Shown here piece by piece: positions 38,064 through 49,175 of a stretch of DNA of 64,000 nucleotides; the first letter of the stretch is position 1; every line of letters begins with the position of its first letter. Position numbers and translations under genes: made by a program. The DNA comes from Felis catus (lineage: Eukaryota): assembly GCF_018350175.1 (NCBI RefSeq), contig NC_058373.1, positions 115,508,001-115,572,000 on the forward strand. The letters run 5' to 3'. A model generated the notes under the pieces. The model was not told the DNA's origin, searched no databases, and worked only from the letters and a program-made list of their open reading frames with translations.

Positions 38064-38705
38064 TGTGGTAGGTCAAATTTCTAAAAGTTCCATTGAAGAT
38101 GTTCTGTCCTAATCCCTGGAACCCATGAATAAACTCTGGCAAACTTCCATAATGTTATATGATATAGTATATTATATAGCACAGTTGAAATATCACGCCC
38201 ATAATGTTATATGATATGGTATATTGTTGACCTTAAAATAAGGAGATTATCCAGGTGGGCCTGGTTCCATCACATGGGCCCTTAAAAGCAGGGAGCTTTC
38301 TCTGGCCCAAGAAGAAGGGGAAGCCAGAGATTTGAACCATGAGAAGGACTCAACACATTGTTTCCAGTTTAAAGATGAAGGGTGTCACATGAGTGGGAAT
38401 GCAGGCAGCCTTCAGCAGCAGAGTGGTCCCTGAATGACAGCAAGGAATGAGACCTTCAGGCTCAAAGCCCCAAGAAATAGGATTCTGTCAACAACCTGAG
38501 TGAACTTGGGAGGCAGGCATTTCCTCAGAGCTTCTAGACAGGAGCCCAATTCAGCCAACATCTTGATTTCAGCCTTGTGAGACCCTGAGCAGAGAACTTA
38601 GCCACACAGTACCAGAACTTCTGAACTACAGAACTGTGAGATACTAAATGGATATTGTGTTAAGCCTCTCAGTTTACGGACAACGTGTTACACAACAATA
38701 GACAA
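38064..38705 (+). mobile_element. MLT1D-like MaLR LTR
   Basis: ggagattatcc...gagaccctgagcagagaac...ctacagaactgtgagata. Confidence 0.75.
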
Positions 38706-38708
38706 GAT

Positions 38709-38935
38709 GGGGCGCCTGGGTGGCGCAGTCGGTTGAGCGTCCGACTTCAGCCAGGTCACGATCTCGCGGTCCGTGAGTTCGAGCCCCGCGTCGGGCTCTG
38801 GGCTGATGGCTCAGAGCCTGGAGCCTGTTTCTGATTCTGTGTCTCCCTCTCTCTCTGCCCCTCCCCTACTCATGCTCTGTCTCTCTCTGTCCCAAAAATA
38901 AATAAACGTTGAAAAAAAAATTTAAAAAAAAAAAG
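38709..38935 (+). mobile_element. Young SINEC_Fc-type SINE
   Basis: Near consensus, CpG-rich. Confidence 0.9.
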
Positions 38936-39957
38936 AAATATGAGAGGCTTGCTTATTTTACAAAGTCAGGAACTGAGCCAAATGATCTCTTGAAACTGTC
39001 TTACTGTATCTATTTTGTAATCAGAATACTTTGTCCTGATGGCAGGGCCACTGCTAGGCTCTACAGCACCTTTGTACAAAATGGAGAAAAGATACAGCCC
39101 TGGAGATACACAGCCTGGCAAGGGCAGGGCGCCTTCCTCTGGCTTGCATAGCCACACATGGTGCTGGGCTTGGCATGGAGAGAACTGGTTGGATTTTTAG
39201 CCTCCATTCAAGGGTCTTTATGCAATGCTCAGCCTGCACAACTGTAAGCAGCAGCCCTGCTTGGCAGACTCTTGTGTGATTCACTCACTACTCCACACAC
39301 ATACCGGAACCAACAGCCACATGGGACAGGCTGAGGCAGAGAGATGGATTTTGCTGAAGAACTTACTACAACTTGGGGGGCGGGTGGTCAAGTGGGTGAG
39401 AGGGTGGGCAGGCAGGGAGGTGCAAATTGGGAGGGAGGGGGTTTGGGTGTGCATGGAGGAGCATGCACAGGATCTGTGCTCTTTGGCATCTATTCTGGGC
39501 CCTTCCAAGCTGCTTGTAGCTTCTTTATAGCTATGACTACCTGAGCTGATCAGAGAAAACCCACAAAGATACAGCTTCCCCCAGGCAAAACTGTAGGAAC
39601 ATTTTGTCTCCGCTTTTAGCTAACTCCTGACTGCTGGGCATGTCCATGGGCACATACCCACAAGTTTGATGATTTGGTGGTCATTCTGTCCATTCTGGAA
39701 TGTCTGGGCTCATAACTGGGCACTGCAGCTCATGACTGATTCACTTGCTCTCCCAAATATCCACTTCCCCAATGCCTGAAGAGCTTCTTACCTGTGGCTA
39801 AAGGGAAAAGCACATCTGAGATGACTGTATGATTACAGATCTAGGCTTTAGGATATGGTCAGAGGCAAAGTGGTACCAAAATCCCCAAAGGGCCCACTCA
39901 CTCTGTTTCCCAAAGGTCAGGGCAAAGTGATGGAACTTTTATTTCTTAGAAAAAACA

Positions 39958-40124
39958 TTTTTTTAATGTTTATTTATTTTTGAGAGAGAGAGACAGAATC
40001 TGAAGCAGGCACCAGGCTCTGAGCTATCACATAGAGCCTGGCACACGACTCGAACCCATGAGCTGTGAGATCATGACCTGAGCTGAAGTGGGATGCTTAA
40101 CTGACTGAGTCACCCAGGCACCCC
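39958..40124 (-). mobile_element. CAN-SINE
   Basis: Reverse-complement SINE body. Confidence 0.82.
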
Positions 40125-41332
40125 AGAAAAGCAGTCTTCTAAAATAGGCATCCTTTCTTCTGAAAGCTGTCAGGCCTTGTAGGGCAGCTCTACAGTAGAA
40201 AATATTTTACATAATAAATTTTTATTCTCTCCATTCTTTCATAGAGGATAAAGACTGAACCCTTCATCCCAGGAATTGAAAGCTCTCTGTAGTGTCCGTC
40301 CATCCATCCATCCATCCCTTTATCTTCTCACACTTCCCCACACAAACTCTACACTTCAATTCTCCTCATTATGCTCAAAACATGCCATGCTTGTGCTCAC
40401 CCTGGAGATATTCCTTCTTCTCTCCCTTTCTCCCTTCCTTCCTCCATCCATCGCTCTATGGACCCATCTATTCATCCATCCATCCATCTATTCCTTCATA
40501 ACGATAACACTGAATAATGAAACCACTTAATGAAGCTGCATTAAACTGTATAATAAAATACTTCACTCAGTAAGTATTTATTAAGCACCTAATGCATGTC
40601 AGACATGATTCTCAAGCAAGAATTTCTGCCTTAAGAGTTCTGTGTAATGGGAATTAACCAAATGATTACAGTAAAATGTGATCGGTGTGACGATAGGGGA
40701 AAAATAGAGCTGAGGAAGCACATGGTCTAGAATGGCCTCACCAGAGGAAGGGATATTTCAGCAGAGTCCTGAATGAAGATTCAAGTTGGTTTGGCCAAGA
40801 GGAGGAGAAAGAGTCTTCCAGAGAGAGGAGATGCCATGTGCAAAGGCTTGGTGATGAAAATATACATGGTGGCTTCAAGGTGATGAAATGAATTCAGTTT
40901 GGCTAAAGCACCAAGAGTGAGAGGGAGGAAGTGGGAATAGATGAGTCAGGAGAGAAGGCAAGGTCAAGGACATAGAGGGCCCTATGAGCCACATTAGGGA
41001 GTTTGGGATAGCCTGCCCTCCTCTCTACCTATCTAGGTTCCCCTTATTCCATTAAATGTTACCTAGGTACCGCCTAGATCTGGAGGAGGCTCTTGAATAT
41101 CCAGCCCAGGCTGGGCTCTAAGGTTTTGACTATTGCACTAGACTAATCATGTGTTGCCTGATGCATTTCCTGGCAGCTTCACAAGTAATTATCTTGCCTC
41201 CCGAGCTAGGCTGGATTTCAAGGGCTCGGAATATGTCCTGCTCCCACCTCCTTCTTTGGTTCTTCTTCAGGGCTTAGCTCAGGTCTGGGTACAGAGTTCC
41301 AAAATGCTTGCTGGATAGATGGCTCCTGATTT

Positions 41333-41370
41333 ATCCATCCATCCATCCATCCATCCATCCATCCATCCAT
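41333..41370. repeat. (CCAT)n tetranucleotide repeat
   Basis: Direct reading. Confidence 0.95.
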
Positions 41371-41407
41371 TCACCTGTTAGAGTAGGCAATTAAATAGAC
41401 ATGAGGA

Positions 41408-41619
41408 GGGGCGCCTGGGTGGCGCAGTCGGTTAAGCGTCCGACTTCAGCCAGGTCACGATCTCGCGGTCTGTGAGTTCGAGCCCCGCATCAGGCTCTGG
41501 GCTGATGGCTCAGAGCCTGTAGCCTGTTTCCGATTCTGTGTCTCCCTCTCTCTCTGACCCTCCCCCGTTCATGCTCTGTCTCTCTCTGTCCCAAAAATAA
41601 ATAAACGTTTAAAAAAAAA
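41408..41619 (+). mobile_element. Young SINEC_Fc-type SINE
   Basis: TSD aaatagacatgagga. Confidence 0.92.
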
Positions 41620-42155
41620 AAATAGACATGAGGAGGAGGAGAGAAAGGAGCATAACACATGGGCAACTTCCAGGCACCACCCGGTCTCTGCCCAGACACA
41701 GCCCCATCTCCCTTATACCAACCCCTTTTGCAGTTTAGCACAGATTGATAGGCAGAAGATACAGGCTACAGAGACCTGCCCAACTTTGGATCATGCACAC
41801 TTAAGAGACTTATGCACACGTATCCACTAGTAACCCTGAGGCTATTATATCATTACAATACCATTTGCATTGTGGTTTGGCCTCCCACCCCCACCCAGCG
41901 GGTTGTGCTTAGGAGGCTCATGGGAAGATGACACAAAATGTTGGAAGGGAAGAAACCAAGGCAGATTCAACGGTGGAGCAATGATAACAAAATGGAGGAG
42001 AGGAGACCAAAAAAAACAAAAAAACAAACAAAAAAAAACAACCCATAAATGAACACAATGAGAAACTCTGCAAGCTGCCACCTGCCCTAAGGTCAGCAAG
42101 CTTCTCTGCTTCTGGAGTGTACTATCGCTTTCTGCTAAATAAAAAACTGTTTGCA

Positions 42156-42552
42156 GGGCACCTGGCTGGCTCAGTTGGTTAAGCATCAACTCTTGATTTC
42201 GGCCCAGGGGACAGCAAGGAGCCTGCTTAAGACTGTGTGTCCTCCCCTCTCTCTGCCCCTCCCCAGATTGCACACATGCTCTTTATCTCTCTCTCAAAAT
42301 AAATAAACTTTATGTATTTTTTTAATTTTTAAAATTATTCTTCGACGTTTACTTATTTTTGAGAGACAGAGCGTGAGTGGGGGAGGGGCAGAGAGACAGG
42401 GAGACACAGAATCCGAAGCAGGCCCCAGGCTCTGAGCTGTCGGCCGGGAGCCCGACATGGGGCTTGCACCCACGAACTGTGAGATCATGACCTGAGCTGA
42501 AGTCGGACGCTTAACCGACTGAGCCATCCAGGTGCCCCAAAATAAATAAACT
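42156..42552. mobile_element. Plus-strand CAN-SINE with a minus-strand SINE (~42311-42538) inserted in its tail
   Basis: aaaataaataaact is duplicated on both sides of the inner SINE. Confidence 0.8.
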
Positions 42553-42683
42553 GTAAAACAAACAAAAACCCTTTGCTACTTTAATTCTCTGTTGAGTCTC
42601 TTGACTGAATTCTTTCCTTGGAGAAAACCAGGACTAAGGAATCCTACCACCCACCACCCCCGGGAACACACCCACTCATTATT

Positions 42684-42898
42684 ATTTTTTTTTTTCAACG
42701 TTTATTTATTTTTGGGACAGAGAGAGACAGAGCATGAACGGGGGAGGGGCAGAGAGAGAGGGAGACACAGAATCGGAAGCAGGCTCCAGGCTCCGAGCCA
42801 TCAGCCCAGAGCCCGACGTGGGGCTCGAACTCACGGACCGCGAGATCGTGACCTGGCTGAAGTCGGACGCTTAACCGACTGCGCCACCCAGGCGCCCC
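42684..42898 (-). mobile_element. Young SINEC_Fc-type SINE
   Basis: TSD ccactcattatt. Confidence 0.9.
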
Positions 42899-43469
42899 CC
42901 ACTCATTATTTATCGGAAGCATGTTCCTGCTCTCATGAATCTTACACTCTTGTGATGTGAACGTGCAAAGAAAACATCCCTTTTGTTGCTTCCCTTTGCT
43001 TGTGTGGAATTTCCACAAGGTAGGGGGTGCTATTCAGCTCTAGGAAATGTACTATCTCGATAGAGGAAATCAGCTTACTCCCGTGCCGCAGGCAGCCCCA
43101 GGTCAGTCTTGCTTTGACCATATCACAGACCTCAAGGAGGCTCCTAAGCTTGACTACTTCTCACGGCCACCAGGCAAAGATGACAGTGTGTGGGTGTGCG
43201 CGCGCGCGTGCTCGCATACTGGGAAAATTAATGTGCTCGTGCATTGTCCAATTACAAGAGTGCTCTCATCTCTTTAAGTCGTGAGACAGATTTCTCCCCC
43301 TCTTCGCTGCGCTGTGGTGGGGAGTGCTTCATGTTCCTGACTGTGCGTGTGTGCAGGTGAGTGGGAGCATGATGGGGTGGAGTGAGGGTTAGGAAGTTCC
43401 CCTGTATGTTAGGGGGAGAATTTGGCCTTCTTGAAAGCAGTCTCTGTAAGGGCCTTGTCCAGTTACTCT

Positions 43470-44006
43470 CACGAACTGTGAGATCATGACCTGAGCCACA
43501 GTCGGATGCTTAATGACTGAGCCACCCAGGTGCCCCAGGGATCTCATTTTTTTTTTAATTTTTTTTTAACGTTTATTTATTTTTGAGACAGAGAGAGACA
43601 GAGCATGAACGGGGGAGGAGCAGCGAGAAAGGGAGACACAGAATCCGAAGCAGGCTCCAGGCCCTGAGCTGTCAGCACAGAGCCCGACGCGGGGCTCGAA
43701 CTCACGGACCGCGAGATCGTGACCTGAGCTGAAGTCGGATGCTTAACCGACTGAGCCACCCAGGCGCCCCTTATTTTTTAAGAATGATTCTGATCCGGGG
43801 TGCCTGGGTGGCTCAGTCGGTTGGGCGTCTGACTTCGGCTCAGGCCATGATCTCACAGATCGTGAGTTCGAGCCCCGCGTCAGGCTCTGTGCTGACAGCT
43901 TGGAGCCTGGAGCCTGCTTCAGATTCTGTGTCTCCCTCTCTCTGCTCCTCCCCCACTCATGCTCTCTCTCTCTTTCTCTCAAAAATAAATAAAGCTTAAA
44001 AAAAAA
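43470..44006. mobile_element. SINE cluster: partial head (43470-43536), minus SINE (43547-43770), plus SINE (43797-44006)
   Basis: Recognisable SINE heads and tails. The plus copy has TSD aatgattctgatcc. Confidence 0.85.
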
Positions 44007-45061
44007 TGATTCTGATCCAAGCAGAAAAGAGAGAAGACTATATTGTATGGACATGAAACTTCAGATCCAAGAAAAACCTTCTAGTAATTAGGAAGAGAGA
44101 AGGGCTGGTTTCTAAGGACCTGAGTCAAACATTGTCAAAGCTCCTTACGTCCTCCTTAATTCCCTGTCCACTAGAGCACATATAAAGTCCATACTGTTGG
44201 TGGATAATTTCTAGAGATCCCAGTGAATAACAAGTTCTGGGAAGATTACCGTCCCCGGGCTGGGGGGAGAAAATCCTTCAATTAGAGACTTAACTACATG
44301 GAAGATCAGCTTATTCTGCAGACATTTTCTTGACTGAATCAATCAGGGACTAAACTAAGGCGAAGCCGCAGCCTCGAACAACGGCGGTGGCTCTGTTCGC
44401 CCACAAGGCCACGGGAATGCCGCCCCCTGGGGTTGTGCAGTGTAGCAGCAGCTCTGGGTGAGGAAACAGCACACCGGTGACATGTCAGCCATTGTCACCG
44501 TGTGAGTGTATTGTGTTGCGGGTCCCAAAGGAGTTGTTGGAAATTTCTGCCCGTAAGACTCCTGAATGAACTGTTTTCCAGTTCACTGGAAAGGGCTCTT
44601 CCCTTCTTCTGCCAGCCAAATGGCAAATTGTTGTTTTGTACCACACAGAGGCAAAACGGGGCCCAGGCCGTCAAGGTTGGGAGCCAGAGGGCCTGAGTCC
44701 CAGCTCCATCTCAGCTGCAGGAGTGCTGAACACTCTGTCCCCTGCTCTGATGTGACAACCTAGCCTGCTGCTAATGTCACAGAACCTGGCGATCTTGTCA
44801 GGAACGTAGTAGGCAAACTTCTTGGAGGACACAGTCTAAAGGCAGAAGCTGAGATTTTCACAAGGGTAAGGGGAATAAAAATCCTATTTGCTTTGTGTGT
44901 AAAGCTCTGACATTCTGCTGATGGTCAACAGAAGAGGCTGATACAGAATAGAGAGTAACAGATCCAGGACCAGGACCGGGGGGGTGGGGGGGGCAAGTGA
45001 GGCATGGTGCAGAATTTAAGGGTACGCCAAACCCTTGATCAGCAATCAGATAAGTGGTAGG

Positions 45062-45272
45062 TTTTTTTTAACCTTTATTTATTATTGAGAGACAGAGAGA
45101 GACAGAGCATGAACGGGGGAGGGTCAGAGAGAGGGAGACACAGAATCAGAAACAGGCTCCAGGCTCTGAGCTGTCAGCACAGAGCCCGATGCAGGGTTCG
45201 AACTCACAGACTGCAAGATCACGACCTGAGCCGGGGTCAGACGCTCAACCGACTGAGCCAGCCAGGCACCCC
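45062..45272 (-). mobile_element. CAN-SINE
   Basis: Reverse-complement SINE flanked by gataagtg. Confidence 0.85.
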
Positions 45273-45302
45273 TGGATAAGTGATATTTTAATGCACCGTT
45301 TT

Positions 45303-46091
45303 AATTTATTTATTTATCTATTTGTTTTTTATTTTTTTAATATAAAATTTATTGTCAAATTGGTTTCCATACAAACACCCAGTGCTCATTGCAACAGGTG
45401 CCCTCCTCTATGCCCATCACCCACTTTCCCCTCTCCCCTGCCCCCCCCCCCATCAACCCTCAGTTTGTTCTCAGTTCTTAAGAGTCTCTTATGGTTTGGC
45501 TCCCTCCCTAACTTTTTTTTTTTCCTTCCCCTCCCCCATGGTCTTCTGTCAACTTTCTCAGGATCTACCTAAGAGTGAAAACATATGGTATCCTTCTTTC
45601 TCTGTATGACTTATTTCACTTAGCATCACACTCTCCAGTTCCACCCACGTTGCTACAAAGGGCCATATTTCATTCTTTCTCATTGCCACGTAGTACTCCA
45701 TTGTGTATATAAACCACGATTTCTTTATCCATTCATCAGTTGATGGACATTTAGGCTTTTTCCACAATTTGGCCATTGTTGAGAGTGCTGCTATAAACAT
45801 TGGGGTACAAGTGCCCCTATGCATCAGTACTCCTGTATCCCTTGGGTAAATTCCTAGCAGTGCTACTGCTGGGTCAGAGGGTAGGTCTATTTTTAATTTT
45901 TTGAGGAACCTCCACACTGTTTTCCAGAGTGGCCGTGCCAGTTTGCATTCCCACCAACAGTGCAAGAGGGTTCCCGTTTCTCCACATCCTCTCCAGCATC
46001 TACAGTCTCCTGATTTGTTCATTTTAGCCACTCTGACTGGCGTGAGGTGATACCTGAGTGTGGTTTTGATTTGCATTTCCCTGAGGAGTGA
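45303..46091 (-). mobile_element. 5'-truncated L1 (felid/carnivore), ORF2 C-terminus plus 3'UTR
   Basis: [17 protein letters not shown]...[20 protein letters not shown]...; TSD tttaatgcaccRtttt. Confidence 0.95.
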
Positions 46092-47039
46092 TTTAATGCA
46101 CCATTTTTCAAAGTCAGAATTAATGCAAAAGTCCACGACGAACAAAATATCGCAATCCACTTGCAGGACCCACCTCACCCTGACCCTAATCTACCCTAGT
46201 GGTCATTGGGTGCCTTCTGGTGTGACGGAGAGAATGTCAGATTGAGAAGCAAAAGACTGGAGTCTGAGTTCAATGGCTTAACTTACTGCCCTATCTTTAC
46301 TGCTTTCTCCCTAGCCATCCACGCTCTCTGCGTGTATCCGAGGGCAAGAGGCCTCATTTCTCTCCTGGGATTTTTTTGTGGGTCATGATATGAGCGGAAA
46401 AACACAACCCTTGCTTTTGGAAACTGCGGGTCCCACTCAACTCAGTGTGTATGTATGTGCGTGTGATGTCAAGTAGGGCTCCTACTTCACTCTCCGGAGC
46501 TAACAGCTTTAGGCTTCCGGGAAGCCAGCCAACTTCCTCAACCTTTCAGAGTCCATCACTTCATCACAGCTCCCCCTCACCTGTCCTTCCTTAGCTGAGG
46601 AAGCACCTGCCCTGTGGGACAGGCCGGATCTCCACAGCGCTCCCTATTTTTAGACAATAGGGAAGGAGGGGGTGGGGGGAGGGTGGAATGTCTTCTCTGA
46701 GAACATTGCCTTTGCACTGGGCTCTGGACAGATGGCGGCCAGCTCTCTGTGGCCCCCGCTTCTGCCTCCCTGACCTTGTCGGTCCTGGTCCACTTTTCCT
46801 CTCTGCCATTCTGCCCAACGCAAACCACCGTCACATCTGGCTGAGACCCTTGCAATAGCCATCCAACCCAGCTCTCTGTTTCCATTCCTCTTGCCCTATT
46901 GCAGTCCATTCTCCCCTCTACAGCCAGAATAAACTGTTACAAATTTATTACAGAAAATCATAACATTCCCTCCTTAAACCTTCAATAAGTTCCCCTTGCA
47001 CTCAGCGAAAATTAAAATTGCATAATGTAGCCCATGAGT

Positions 47040-47222
47040 TCTGAGACACCAGCATACTCAAAATCATCTAGAGGGCTAGATAAAACACAAAATGCTGGGT
47101 TCCATCCCCAGAGTTTTGGATTCAGGAGGTCTGGGTCAGGGTCCAAGAATTTGCATGTCAAACAGGTTCCCAGGCAATGCTAACTGCTGGGCTTCCTGCT
47201 CCAAAACCACACTGAGAACCCA
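47040..47222. mobile_element. MER5A-like MITE
   Basis: ccaagaatttgcatgtcaaacaggttcccagg...cacactgagaacc. Confidence 0.65.
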
Positions 47223-48103
47223 ATCAAGCCTGGAAAACTCAACCTTGCTTCCCCACAGCTCACCTTCTACCGTTCTTCCTCCAAGACAGTTGATACTCTA
47301 TCCTAGCTGTGTTTGCCTTCTGCTTTCTCAAACCCATCAACCTCATTCCTGCTCCAGGGCCTTTGCAATAGCCGTTTCCTCTGCCTGGAGCTTTCCTCCT
47401 CCAGATATTCAGCTTAATGTTACTTCCTTGTCCACCCAGTGTGACTGGCTCTCCAGCTACTACCCATCAAATCACCCTGTTTTGTTTCTATCTTGTTTAT
47501 TTATTTGTTTATCTGTATATGGCCTGTTTCTCTCAACCTAATGCAAGTTCCATGAGGGCAGAAACTGTGACCATCTTATTTACCGGCACCTAAACTATCT
47601 TTGGCACATAGATGGTACCCGCTATATGTTTGTTTGTTCGGTGAATGAATGGATGAATGAATGAATGAATAATGGATACTACCAAGTGGGGGAGCCAGAA
47701 TTTGAGCCAAGGACTGACTGCAGAGCCTATACCCTTAACACTTGCCATGTGATGACACTCGTCCAAGTGCTGTGACAGAGCTAAGGCTGGTCTCCCTGAC
47801 TCCTTCTTGCCCATACAACTCAGTTCCCTTCAGAGCACAGACACTGGGATATTCTTATGAAAAGGTCACTTTAATCACTCTCCTTTCCCTTCCCAAGCAA
47901 GTCTAAACTCCCTTCCTGGCCTTCAACACATGCATGAAAGGAGTCACCTTGGCTAGAACCTGGCTCTGCTGTCACTTCAATTACTCAGTCATGACTTCAT
48001 TTAAGAATATTCTCCATTGTTCCTTCCGGTGACTGATGCCATGAAAATAATCATTCATTCTGTCATTTAGTGGTTCAGAGCGTGGGCCCTATGGTCAGAG
48101 ATA

Positions 48104-48700
48104 CAGTAAAATCTTAGATGGCAAGTAACTTGTTCTGTGAGTGTTCCGCAAGACCAGCAAACATTTCTAATAAACCTAAACTTGATAAACGAGCCATGTC
48201 CTGCAACAGAAGTAGTACATGACGCCGAATGTCACGTGATCATAAATGAACCAATGGTTCTCTCTCTCTTGCTGCAGGATTGTGGGTGATCATCAATGCA
48301 ATGTCACATTTTCACAAAATCCTCAAAAGAAGGCAAGACCAAGTGTCATTGGATAAGTTCCTTGTTAAAGTTGCATGAAAAGAAAGATTCCTTTGAGCCA
48401 ATAGATAGCAGTGATTCCGTGACAGTGAAAGCTGTCCTACCCACAATCCCTCCTGTCTCTTGTCTCTCTCACACCAGCCACGAAGGTTTTCAAAGGTAAG
48501 TACAGGTTAATTTATTTTTCTTTATATTTTGTATTATATTACAGTATTGTCATCATTTTTACATGGATATGTTTGAGTTGTAGAATGAATCATCTGAGTT
48601 TCCATTATTTCTTATGGGGAAATTCACTTTGATATACAAGTGCTATGGATTATAAGCATGCTTCCAGGATGAATTATGCTCACAAACCAAGGTTTTACTG
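48104..48700. mobile_element. Non-autonomous TcMar-Tigger element inserted in a MIR
   Basis: TIRs cagtaaaatctt / aaggttttactg with TA target-site duplication at 48102-48103 and 48701-48702. Confidence 0.8.
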
Positions 48701-48954
48701 TATCTGGATTCAGGATGCAAGAGTTTTAGGACCTGGCAAATTACTTAGTCTCTATGAGTCTCGGTTCCCTTGTCTGAAGTGGATATAATAATAAAGCCCA
48801 CCTCATAAGGGTTTTGAGAGGATTGAGACAATGAAGTAAAGCTTGTAGCATGGAAACTGACATATAATAAGCAGTCAGAAATGTCACTTAGTATGGTGAC
48901 AATCTGTTGTTTAAGTAATAACTGGAGCGACCAGTAAAAGGATCACTCTTTCCC

Positions 48955-49083
48955 GGGGCACCTGGTGGCTCAGCTGGTTAAGAGTCTGACTCTTGATCTC
49001 AGCTTAGGTCATGATCTCACAGTTCGTGGGTTCAAGCCCCGCATCAGGCTCTACGCTGCCAGCATGGAGCCTGCTTGGTATTC

Positions 49084-49118
<35 letters not shown>

Positions 49119-49175
49119 GCCCCTCTCCTGCTCGCACGCTCTCTCTCAAAATAAATAAATGAACATTTAAAAAAA
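48955..49175 (+). mobile_element. CAN-SINE with a long (CT)n tract
   Basis: Head, (CT)n and A tail. Confidence 0.88.

Noticed and set aside
45558..46178. 206-aa ORF
   Set aside because: C-terminus of L1 ORF2 from a truncated copy, not a host gene.
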